In this document: positions 26,006 through 34,837 of the stretch, one piece after another | Numbering within the stretch: position 1 is the stretch's first letter | Layout: the number at the start of each line of letters is the position of its first letter | DNA from: a virus | DNA length: 64,000 bases | IMG/VR virus record: IMGVR_UViG_3300028581_000036 | Coordinates: 7,041-71,040 of that record | Reading direction: 5' to 3' (one strand) | Notes under the pieces: model-generated | The model's input: the letters and a program-made list of their open reading frames with translations, nothing else | Databases searched by the model: none | What the model was told of the DNA's origin: nothing | Translations under genes and position numbers: made by a program

Positions 26006-26047
26006 TGCAACATACTTTCATTATTAAAAAATATTTTGTAGATTTAC
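26006..26047 (+). promoter_or_regulatory. class 1 promoter
   Basis: TGCAA 26006, TAGATTTA 26039. Confidence 0.6.
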
Positions 26048-26067
26048 AATATAACAATTACAATAAG

Positions 26068-27378
26068 ATGATACAAGAATTAAAGACACTCCAGCAAATT
26101 TCACAATGTGAAGGAAAAGGCTCACAGGATAAAATGCAGGCCATATTAAAAAGCAATTTAACACCTGAAATGGAATTTATGCTAGATGTTGCATATAACC
26201 CATTTATTACAACTAAATTAAATAAGTTGACTGTGCCTGATTCAGGTGAAGGTGAACCTACATTCGCTGAATTTAAAAAACTAATCGATATTTTAAGAAA
26301 GACAAAGGCTGCAAATAACGATCTGCGTAAAGATGCAGGTGAATTTATTGCAAAATTCCCGTCTGAATTACGTCAGACAATGTTGGATATAATTACCAAA
26401 AATTTGAATATAGGCATACAGGCCAAGTCTATCAATAAAGCAGCAGGACGTGAGTTGATACCCAATCCCAGTTTAATGCTTTCTGAAGACGATGTCGAGC
26501 TAATTGAAACCTGGGATAAAATTTACTGCGAGCATAAATATGACGGTGTTCGTATTATTGCAATTTATAAAGGTGGTGAATTTCAATATTTTACCAGAAA
26601 TTTCAATCAAATATCTACTGAATATATGAAGTATGTAGATAATGAATTGCATCGCATTATTGACGCGCATCCGTCATTCGATTTTGAAGGCTGGTTCTTT
26701 GACGGAGAACTAACAGACCATGATCGCAAGTCAGTTTCAGGTAAATTGAACCGCATGCTTAAAGGCAAAGTTGACAGTGAAATTTCCAAAGAATTTATGT
26801 TTAATATATTTGACATAGAACATGAAAACGTCTTAAGAGCCGGAAAAGGTGTTGTAAAATATTTACAAAGACGAGAAATGTTAGAGCACTTTATAATCGA
26901 TGGTGTTAAGCATATTTGCATTTCTGAACGTTGGGAATTTGATAATGTTTCTGAAATGATGAAACGCTTCAATAGCATATTGAACGATGGTGGCGAAGGA
27001 GTAATTTGTAAAAACAACGGTGTCTATGAATGTAAGCGCAGCAGGAATTGGATTAAACTTAAAGAAGTTAATGACTGTGACCTTGTTGTAACAGGCTGGA
27101 TCCCAGGCGAAGGTCGCAGAACAGGTTTTATAGGAGGCCTTGTATGTGAAGATAAAACCAGGACCTTACAAGTAGGCGTTGGTTCAGGTTTTAGTGATGG
27201 TGATTTACAAATGTTTAATGATATGATTGCATCAGGTGAGCTTATGGGCAAGATTATAACAGTGCAATATAATATGCGTATTCAAGATAAGTATGGCAAT
27301 CATAGTCTATTCTTGCCTAGATTTATTGACGTAAGAAGTGATAAAATGGTCGCTGACGATATAGAAAATATAAAATAA
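26068..27378 (+). CDS. ATP-dependent DNA ligase
   Basis: KYDGVR, FDGEL, IFDI, EGVICK, WIKLK, VGSGFS, FLPRF...RSDK. Confidence 0.95.
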   Translation: MIQELKTLQQISQCEGKGSQDKMQAILKSNLTPEMEFMLDVAYNPFITTKLNKLTVPDSGEGEPTFAEFKKLIDILRKTKAANNDLRKDAGEFIAKFPSELRQTMLDIITKNLNIGIQAKSINKAAGRELIPNPSLMLSEDDVELIETWDKIYCEHKYDGVRIIAIYKGGEFQYFTRNFNQISTEYMKYVDNELHRIIDAHPSFDFEGWFFDGELTDHDRKSVSGKLNRMLKGKVDSEISKEFMFNIFDIEHENVLRAGKGVVKYLQRREMLEHFIIDGVKHICISERWEFDNVSEMMKRFNSILNDGGEGVICKNNGVYECKRSRNWIKLKEVNDCDLVVTGWIPGEGRRTGFIGGLVCEDKTRTLQVGVGSGFSDGDLQMFNDMIASGELMGKIITVQYNMRIQDKYGNHSLFLPRFIDVRSDKMVADDIENIK

Positions 27379-27379
27379 A

Positions 27380-27583
27380 ATGTTCGATCCCAAACACCTT
27401 TCTGAATTTATAAAACACGTAAAAGATATTCTCGAAAAACAAGATGTGTATACAGTTGCTTCTAAATTAAACGAGGCTGAACTTGTTGAATTATCAAAAC
27501 ATTTTACAATAAGTAAAACAGAAAATTTTTTACATTTACCCAAATATACTTTTACTAAAAATGCCGGAATTAGCAGAGATTAA
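27380..27583 (+). CDS. hypothetical protein
   Basis: 67-aa ORF filling the operon gap. Confidence 0.55.
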   Translation: MFDPKHLSEFIKHVKDILEKQDVYTVASKLNEAELVELSKHFTISKTENFLHLPKYTFTKNAGISRD

Positions 27584-28403
27584 AATAATGGCCGAGTATA
27601 TTAATTCTACTTGTGCAAATGAAGACTTTACTAGCATTTCTGTATCATCTGAAGTTGTAAATAGATTAGGTATTGTTCAACCAAGTGAATTGCAAGTATT
27701 TAGTATTACTGCTGAAGCCAGAGGCAAAGAACTAATACTGAATCTGTTGTCAGGTCAGAATAAGTATCGCCTTTCATGTGCAATGGGTATGTCAGGGCAT
27801 TGGACCATATCCGATCGTGACAATCCGCCTAAACATACTCATCTAAAATTCAATGCTATTAGTAAGCGATCTCTTTGTTTAGTTGATGCCAGGCGTTTTG
27901 CAAAATGGAAGTGGACTAAATCTTGGAATAATAAAAGAGGTCCTTGTCCATTGTCAGATTTTGACAATTTTAGAAATCATATAAACATAAACGCACATAA
28001 GCGCGCTTTTACTAAACCTATTTATGAGGTTTTAATGAATCAGTCATATTTCAATGGTATAGGTAACTACTTAAGAGCTGAAATATTATATAGACTGGAT
28101 ATTAATCCATTTCAGTCGGCATGGAATGTAATTGTTAAACTAGATAAAGGTGAAGAGTTGCTTAGATTATGCCATGATGTATGCCAGGAAGCTTATCTTG
28201 TAGGCGGTGGCGAACTAAAAGATTGGCATAATCCTTTTAAAACCGGATACGGCAGAGGGCGTATAAATGAAAAAATGAATAAACTTGCAGACACGTCTTT
28301 CAGAGAATGGTTACAGTGTTATGGCAAAATGTTATCGATTGACGACAACAAAAGTCGCAGGTTTTGGTATAATGAGAAATGGGCCTATTACGCTAATATA
28401 TAA
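27561..28403 (+). CDS. Fpg/Nei-family DNA glycosylase (Nei/NEIL1-like, no C4 zinc finger)
   Basis: MPELAE, RGKEL, GMSG, DARRF, NQSYFNGIGNYLRAEILY (H2TH). Confidence 0.9.
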   Translation: MPELAEIKIMAEYINSTCANEDFTSISVSSEVVNRLGIVQPSELQVFSITAEARGKELILNLLSGQNKYRLSCAMGMSGHWTISDRDNPPKHTHLKFNAISKRSLCLVDARRFAKWKWTKSWNNKRGPCPLSDFDNFRNHININAHKRAFTKPIYEVLMNQSYFNGIGNYLRAEILYRLDINPFQSAWNVIVKLDKGEELLRLCHDVCQEAYLVGGGELKDWHNPFKTGYGRGRINEKMNKLADTSFREWLQCYGKMLSIDDNKSRRFWYNEKWAYYANI

Positions 28404-28406
28404 ATT

Positions 28407-28661
28407 ATGAAAAAATTTAGCAAACTGCTTGAAAAGCAAAAATCTGAAATTATCGAGTTCGATAAAAAGAACATAGAAAAACTACTTAAAGAACACGGTG
28501 AAATCGATGTTATAGTAAGAGGCGGTCAGCGATATTTTATTGCACCTCACATGCATAAAGATGGTAAACTTGAAGAACAAGGAGCTGGTCTTTCTGTATT
28601 AAATAAAGATGGTGACAAGATACAAATTAATTTTTATGATATAGTAGGTGTTGAATTTTAA
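28407..28661 (+). CDS. hypothetical protein, possible capsid-targeting-like leader
   Basis: MKKFSKLLEK; AATATATA upstream. Confidence 0.65.
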   Translation: MKKFSKLLEKQKSEIIEFDKKNIEKLLKEHGEIDVIVRGGQRYFIAPHMHKDGKLEEQGAGLSVLNKDGDKIQINFYDIVGVEF

Positions 28662-28671
28662 TACACAGCAA

Positions 28672-29088
28672 ATGCCTAGAATAAATATTAACTCAGTATA
28701 CATGAATGTTGCGGTTGAAATAGCCGAATTATCTTATGCACAAAGAAAAAAAGTAGGATGTGTCATAGTAAAAGATGCTTCTATTATTAGCATGGGATAT
28801 AATGGAACACCCGCTGGGTTTGATAATAAATGCGAGACAATTGAAAATGGTGAATTGGTTACCAGGCCCGAAGTCTTGCATGCTGAATCAAATGCCATAG
28901 CAAAGGTTGCCAAGTCACCTAACTGTTCAGATGACGCAGATCTTTATGTTACACTTTCCCCATGTTTTGAATGTTCTAAATTAATCATACAGTCAGGTAT
29001 AAAAAGAGTTTTTTACAGAGAACTATATAGAATAAATGACGGTATCAAACTTTTAGAAAAAGCTGGCATACAATGCATGCAATGCTAA
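28672..29088 (+). CDS. dCMP deaminase
   Basis: GYNGTP, HAESNAI, TLSPCFEC. Confidence 0.93.
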   Translation: MPRININSVYMNVAVEIAELSYAQRKKVGCVIVKDASIISMGYNGTPAGFDNKCETIENGELVTRPEVLHAESNAIAKVAKSPNCSDDADLYVTLSPCFECSKLIIQSGIKRVFYRELYRINDGIKLLEKAGIQCMQC

Positions 29089-29115
29089 ATATATAGTAAA
29101 AACGACTATATATTA

Positions 29116-29832
29116 ATGATAATTGAGTCAACCAGTCTTAAGACGGTAATTGATCTTTTAGAATCACTTAGAAAAAATTCACTTAGTGCAACTAGCATAC
29201 GTCTCAGTTACACTAATTATGGTGGGTTAAAAAAATACGTGACGTTTAATAGTCTTGATGAACTCAAGGCTCTTTATACCAAAGACTATAATACTTTAGT
29301 CAACTCCAGAAGAAGTCCATTTACCGAAGATCCTGCACTAGCTGCAAGCAATGACTTTATCACAACAGTAGGTGATTTAATACTCATTAGTAACATTGCT
29401 GAAAATGAATTTAATTTTTTCAAAGAGACATTTTGTACAGTAGGAAGTCTTGTTACTCTTGAAAGTTTTAATTTACAAAGCTACCTAAAAGAATATAATT
29501 TCTCTTTTATAGTTAAGGACGTTACAAGCAATATTAAGATATTAGAAAATTCTAAATTTGACCTGAGAAGGCAAAGTGAAATTAAAACAGTTCTTGATAG
29601 ATTTAAGAGTAGCGTTACTGACTACATAAAAATATACAATGAAATTTATATAAAACTTAAATATCTTTTTATACAAGGTAGTAATGTTGATATATGCTAT
29701 GCAGAGATAGGATATTTTAAATTTACATTTGAATTATATAAACTATTCTTTTTTATAAATAAAAGAGGTTTAAATGCCGGAATCACAAATGATGTATTTA
29801 ACAAAACGTATCTAAGAACACAAAATAATTAA
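29116..29832 (+). CDS. hypothetical protein
   Basis: 238 aa; AATATATA upstream. Confidence 0.7.
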   Translation: MIIESTSLKTVIDLLESLRKNSLSATSIRLSYTNYGGLKKYVTFNSLDELKALYTKDYNTLVNSRRSPFTEDPALAASNDFITTVGDLILISNIAENEFNFFKETFCTVGSLVTLESFNLQSYLKEYNFSFIVKDVTSNIKILENSKFDLRRQSEIKTVLDRFKSSVTDYIKIYNEIYIKLKYLFIQGSNVDICYAEIGYFKFTFELYKLFFFINKRGLNAGITNDVFNKTYLRTQNN

Positions 29833-29837
29833 TTACA

Positions 29838-32705
29838 ATGCCACTATTAGGAGAATATATTAAATTACGCAGCGAACTAGGAAGAGCTTTGACTACACAG
29901 GAGTTAGACGACAACTTTCTATACGTTGCTAATGAATGGAACGCACAAAGAAGATATAAAAAGGGGTTCATAGTATATCATGATGCTGGACTTTCAGGAA
30001 GTGAAGGTAAATCCTGGTGGAGGGCTACTATAGACAATGGCCCTAATTCAACCTTCGACCTTGGTTCATGGGAATCAATAGGTGCATTTAATGCTGGTTC
30101 AGGAAGTATATTAGTAGAAAGTACTAGTATACAGTATACCGTAAATGTTGTAGAGTTTGATAGCACACACTTTATTGTTACAAACCCAGGCAGTACAGCA
30201 CTTATTCAAGTTAATACATCTGCTGTCAATCCATACTGGTTATTACCAGGTGACACGAATATAGGAGGCGTTGAAAACGATGCATCTATAATTCATACAG
30301 GTGATGTAGTAATAGGCGCTGGTACATTTCCAAGTGTATATAAATTAGCGGTAAACGGAACAGTAAATATAACAGGTGACTTAACTTTAGGTGGTACTAT
30401 TAATAATGTTGATATTTCTAATTTAGCAGCAGATTATCTTATTCATCAACATACTGCGCTACCTACTACCTATGCTAATTATGGCAGTTTATTCCCGGAT
30501 GCTACAACAAGCTTAGCAGATTTTAATATTAACACGACAACCCTTGTAAACGGGCATATTTTAACCTGGAATAATTCTTCTAAGCGCTGGGTAAATAGTG
30601 CACCATTATCATATTCAATTGCTACGCTTTCAGATACTTCTATTACATCGCCTTCGAATAATCAATTATTGAGATATAATAGTACTTTAGCTAAATGGCA
30701 AAATTTTACAATCAGCGCAGACGCTAATAATGGTATAAGTACTACCCCGTTTGTTCACAGTCACAATACTTTATATTATACAAAGACACAATTAAATACA
30801 TCGGGAGGTGGCGGTTTAGTTCATTGGAATAACGTTACGTCAAAACCTAATGATGCCAGAGAATATTTATTAGCAACTGCACCAGTATCTAGTTCACCAT
30901 TAAATTTAACTTCATATAGAGTTCTAACTTCATCTAATGGTAGCATAGACATAAGCACAGCTACATCTAATGTCATAGATATATCTTTATCAAGTGTTTT
31001 TTATACTTTACAAGTTGGTTATGATAACGATAATGTAGTCAACGGGGTTGATGTAGTTATTGAAAGTCTTACATCTGGTCAAACTACAATTGGTATAGGT
31101 GCTAATGTTTTAGCAGGTAACACTGGAGCAAATGTTATTTCATTTGGAGACTATTCATCATATAATAATATAAACGATGATGTTATAGCAATTGGTTACG
31201 GTGCAGCTTATGACAATGCAAACTCTGATATAGTAAGCATAGGAACCTATGCTGGTTATACAAATTCCGGTGAACATGTAAATTCAATTGGTTATCATGC
31301 CTCTGAAAGTAACACAGGAGACTATGTAAATTCAATTGGTTATAATTCTAATATAAATAATACAGGTTCAAATGTAAATGCGCTGGGTTATAGCGCATCT
31401 GAAAATGGTACAGGTTCAAATGTAAATGCACTTGGTAATAATTCAGCACGGAATAATTCTGGCAGCCATGTTAATGGCTTAGGTAATGAATCTGTTTATA
31501 ACAATACTGGCGACCATATTAATGGATTAGGTCAGTCATCTGCCAGAGGTAATACTGGTGCTAGAATAAACTCAATGGGTTACCATTCAGCTTATAATAA
31601 TATCGGAAATGATATAAATGTGTTTGGAAACAGAGCAGGTAAAAGTAATACTGGTTCCAATATTAATGCCCTTGGAAATGATGCAGCATTCAACAACACA
31701 GGTTCTGACATTAATGCAATGGGTTTTAATGCTGGCATATCAAATGCAGGAAGTAATATTAACGCATTTGGACAATATTCAGCTCTTGATAATATAGGAA
31801 ATGATGTAAACGCATTTGGCGACAGCGCTGCATATAATAACATTGGTGACAATATAAATGCCTTTGGATATGCTGCAGCACACGGTAATACATCATTTGG
31901 TACTGCTGAAGGAAATAATGTTAATGCGCTTGGATATTCAGCAGCCTATGGCAATACAGGTAACGATGTTAATTCCTTTGGTTATTCAGCAGCATATTCT
32001 AATACAGGCGATGAAGTCATTGCTCTTGGAAATACCAGTGCTAAAAACAATTCAGGTAACAATGTTATAGCAATGGGTTATATTGCTGCACAGGATAACA
32101 CAGCAGATCATATAATTGCACTTGGGTATTCAGCAGGTGATGGCAATACTGGAATTAATCTTATTGCACTTGGGCAAGAACCTGCTATTAATAATGTCGG
32201 CGATCATGTTATTGCAATAGGAAAAGGCGCATGTGAAAATAACTCAGGCGACCGTGTAATTGCATTCGGAATGAATGCCGCAAATAATAATCTCGGAAGT
32301 GACGTTAATGCTTTCGGTGATAATGCAGCTTTATGTACTGCTGAACCTGGCTCAGTATTCGGTAATGATGTTAATGCGCTTGGTTATCATGCAGCTTATG
32401 ATAGCGTAGGAAGTGATGTCAATGCTCTTGGTAGAAATTCATCAGAAAGTAATACAGGTAATGATGTTAATGCATTTGGTAATAATGCAGCTAAGAATAA
32501 TACAGGTAATGATGTAGTGGCAATTGGTAGAGATGCTGGTATAGGAAATATCATTTCTACAGCTTTTATAATAAGTAATAGTAGCTTACCATCTTATGTT
32601 AACCATGCTGCTGCAAATGCTGCTATATCCGGAACAGGTATAGCAGGCAATACTTATTTATATCATAATCAGGCAACTGATTCAATTGGCGCAGTAAGAC
32701 TATAA
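29838..32705 (+). CDS. tail fibre/receptor-binding protein with 16-aa beta-solenoid repeats
   Basis: LTTQELDDNF N-terminus; NGHILTWNNSSKRW motifs; roughly 30 NNTGxxVNAxGxxAAx repeats. Confidence 0.75.
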   Translation: MPLLGEYIKLRSELGRALTTQELDDNFLYVANEWNAQRRYKKGFIVYHDAGLSGSEGKSWWRATIDNGPNSTFDLGSWESIGAFNAGSGSILVESTSIQYTVNVVEFDSTHFIVTNPGSTALIQVNTSAVNPYWLLPGDTNIGGVENDASIIHTGDVVIGAGTFPSVYKLAVNGTVNITGDLTLGGTINNVDISNLAADYLIHQHTALPTTYANYGSLFPDATTSLADFNINTTTLVNGHILTWNNSSKRWVNSAPLSYSIATLSDTSITSPSNNQLLRYNSTLAKWQNFTISADANNGISTTPFVHSHNTLYYTKTQLNTSGGGGLVHWNNVTSKPNDAREYLLATAPVSSSPLNLTSYRVLTSSNGSIDISTATSNVIDISLSSVFYTLQVGYDNDNVVNGVDVVIESLTSGQTTIGIGANVLAGNTGANVISFGDYSSYNNINDDVIAIGYGAAYDNANSDIVSIGTYAGYTNSGEHVNSIGYHASESNTGDYVNSIGYNSNINNTGSNVNALGYSASENGTGSNVNALGNNSARNNSGSHVNGLGNESVYNNTGDHINGLGQSSARGNTGARINSMGYHSAYNNIGNDINVFGNRAGKSNTGSNINALGNDAAFNNTGSDINAMGFNAGISNAGSNINAFGQYSALDNIGNDVNAFGDSAAYNNIGDNINAFGYAAAHGNTSFGTAEGNNVNALGYSAAYGNTGNDVNSFGYSAAYSNTGDEVIALGNTSAKNNSGNNVIAMGYIAAQDNTADHIIALGYSAGDGNTGINLIALGQEPAINNVGDHVIAIGKGACENNSGDRVIAFGMNAANNNLGSDVNAFGDNAALCTAEPGSVFGNDVNALGYHAAYDSVGSDVNALGRNSSESNTGNDVNAFGNNAAKNNTGNDVVAIGRDAGIGNIISTAFIISNSSLPSYVNHAAANAAISGTGIAGNTYLYHNQATDSIGAVRL

Positions 32706-32734
32706 ACATTTAATTATTTCTTGATATAAAATTT

Positions 32735-33223
32735 ATGTATTCTGAAAAATATCAATGGGTAAAAGGCGAAAAAGCCGGAAATATTGAAAATTATATATCA
32801 CATGACGATGACTGGGTTTATTTCGCCGGAGGCGGTCGTATAAATCACAATCTTATAAATGAATATATGATGCAATATGACGGCAATGGATTTGAAGTTG
32901 AAATTACTAAACATGCACGAAAGGAACAGCCTATTAATAATGCTGTTATACAAGATGTACCCGTTAAGACAATGGATCCTGTTAAAACTTTGCTTAAACA
33001 GTCTACTAAAACAGAAGAGGAATTTAATTATAAAATACTTGTAAATATACCTAAACAAACAGTGTATGAACTAATTAAAGATTCTTTTGAGTGCGACATA
33101 GACGAGCTAATAAAAGAATTGATATTCGAAAATATTAATAAAAGTACACTATACGAAGAAATTCAAACAAGTATTAAAGAACAGATAATTAATTTTTATA
33201 AAAATGGAACAAGAAAATCTTGA
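32735..33223 (+). CDS. hypothetical protein
   Basis: 162 aa; class 2 promoter upstream. Confidence 0.75.
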   Translation: MYSEKYQWVKGEKAGNIENYISHDDDWVYFAGGGRINHNLINEYMMQYDGNGFEVEITKHARKEQPINNAVIQDVPVKTMDPVKTLLKQSTKTEEEFNYKILVNIPKQTVYELIKDSFECDIDELIKELIFENINKSTLYEEIQTSIKEQIINFYKNGTRKS

Positions 33224-33545
33224 AGTAACCAAATCCGCGCTTAAGCAATGGGTTAATAGAAGCAATCGCAGACAGTATCTTAAAAGAGCTGGCATCTTAA
33301 AATCTAAAAGCAAACTTAATTTTAAGGACTGGGCATCAATAGTCTCTTCTAATATTGAAAATGGAAAAAAGCGCAGCAGTGAATATGAAATTTTAGTAAG
33401 AACTGGAATTGAAGAACAATTGGCACAAATTGAAAAGTCTTTAATTTTAAATTGTAATCAGGCAGGTTATTCTAAAGAAGAAACTGATGCATACTTGCAA
33501 TCTTGGCAAGAGTCTTTAAAGCCATGGCCTAATTATAAGTTATGA
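33204..33545 (+). CDS. hypothetical protein
   Basis: 113 aa, overlapping operon. Confidence 0.7.
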   Translation: MEQENLEVTKSALKQWVNRSNRRQYLKRAGILKSKSKLNFKDWASIVSSNIENGKKRSSEYEILVRTGIEEQLAQIEKSLILNCNQAGYSKEETDAYLQSWQESLKPWPNYKL

Positions 33546-33889
33546 TAAAAATATTGCTTGACATAGCATCTAATGGTGTAATTAAAACTGTTACAGACAA
33601 TAACATCAACGGGGCAGGCGATATATTTGAAAGAAAAAATGTATATAATTTTGAAGACGATGAGTCATTTGAAAAACGTATTCAATTTTTATATGAACTG
33701 TGCGAAGAGATTGGCATTGAAACAGGTAATACATACGATAAAGATACTCTAATATTCACGGTAGAATGGGGTGTAAACTATACGCCTGTATTACAAGAAG
33801 TTAATAATAGAATTAAAGAAATATCTTCTGTACTCAAAGAACTAAAAATATTAAAAGCTAAACTGGATAATGCATCAAAAAAGATTTGA
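33542..33889 (+). CDS. hypothetical protein
   Basis: 115 aa, ATGA overlap. Confidence 0.7.
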   Translation: MIKILLDIASNGVIKTVTDNNINGAGDIFERKNVYNFEDDESFEKRIQFLYELCEEIGIETGNTYDKDTLIFTVEWGVNYTPVLQEVNNRIKEISSVLKELKILKAKLDNASKKI

Positions 33890-34253
33890 CTGTATATACG
33901 TCAAGAATAAAATTGACTTTAAAAAATACACCAAAGTAAACGAATATCAGGAAATTATTAGCTTTTATGATATTATTTCAAAACTTACAAAAAGCGATGA
34001 CCAGGGCTTAAAGCCAAGCGAATATGTAGTCAATTCTTATATCACAAAAAGGTTATCAAAAGCACTCTGTGAATCTAATAGTATATTGTATGCAATCAAA
34101 AACCTGGACCATGATACAGTCGATTCTATTAAATCACTTATAATTAAAAACACTGGCTGCATTCAATTTAATCTTATAATTCCTGACAAGGAAGAAATCG
34201 ACAGTGGGCTTTGTACAAAATTTACAAACGTTTTTTATATTAAAAATGATTAA
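33870..34253 (+). CDS. hypothetical protein
   Basis: 127 aa. Confidence 0.65.
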   Translation: MHQKRFDCIYVKNKIDFKKYTKVNEYQEIISFYDIISKLTKSDDQGLKPSEYVVNSYITKRLSKALCESNSILYAIKNLDHDTVDSIKSLIIKNTGCIQFNLIIPDKEEIDSGLCTKFTNVFYIKND

Positions 34254-34806
34254 ACACAGATTATTTGTCAAAGGTCAAGAAGTTTATACTTTGCTAATTT
34301 CGTATTCACATCCTAATATATTAATACCTGTAAAATGCATCATTAGAGATGTTAGATTAGATGAAATCAATCCTGAGTACAGAGTTGATATAATTAAATT
34401 TTTTGACTCTCCAGATTTTCTAAGAATGAATTTCTCTAAAATGAGCTTTGTGCAAACCTTCGGCGATAGACCTAGAAAATTAAAATTCAGAGAAGATAAT
34501 CCTCTTTTAACACATGAGGATTTTTTCAGGGATATTAGAGAACGTGAACATAGATTTACTTTTATTGTCGATTCTGTTATGACATTTGCATATAGAAAAG
34601 AAATGTTAGACGTATTTAATAAGATAGAAGATCATGTTATTGAAAAATATATCAGATCATTAAAAAGACATATAACAAGAACACACTATACTGGCAAGTA
34701 TAAAATTCCAACATATAATGAGTTTCATCTAAGATTGCGCAAGTTTATAGGCGATAAAATTACAGATGATGATAGAAGCTGGATTGACTATTCTGAAAAG
34801 CTCTAA
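34246..34806 (+). CDS. hypothetical protein
   Basis: ATG 34246 in frame with ORF 34204..34806. Confidence 0.7.
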   Translation: MIKHRLFVKGQEVYTLLISYSHPNILIPVKCIIRDVRLDEINPEYRVDIIKFFDSPDFLRMNFSKMSFVQTFGDRPRKLKFREDNPLLTHEDFFRDIREREHRFTFIVDSVMTFAYRKEMLDVFNKIEDHVIEKYIRSLKRHITRTHYTGKYKIPTYNEFHLRLRKFIGDKITDDDRSWIDYSEKL

Positions 34807-34837
34807 ACTCAATATATAAATAAAATAAATATATGGA

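Noticed and set aside
29838-32705. Diversity-generating retroelement TR/VR pair in the fibre gene
   Set aside because: Repeats are tandem coding units without adenine-specific divergence, and no reverse transcriptase is in the window.
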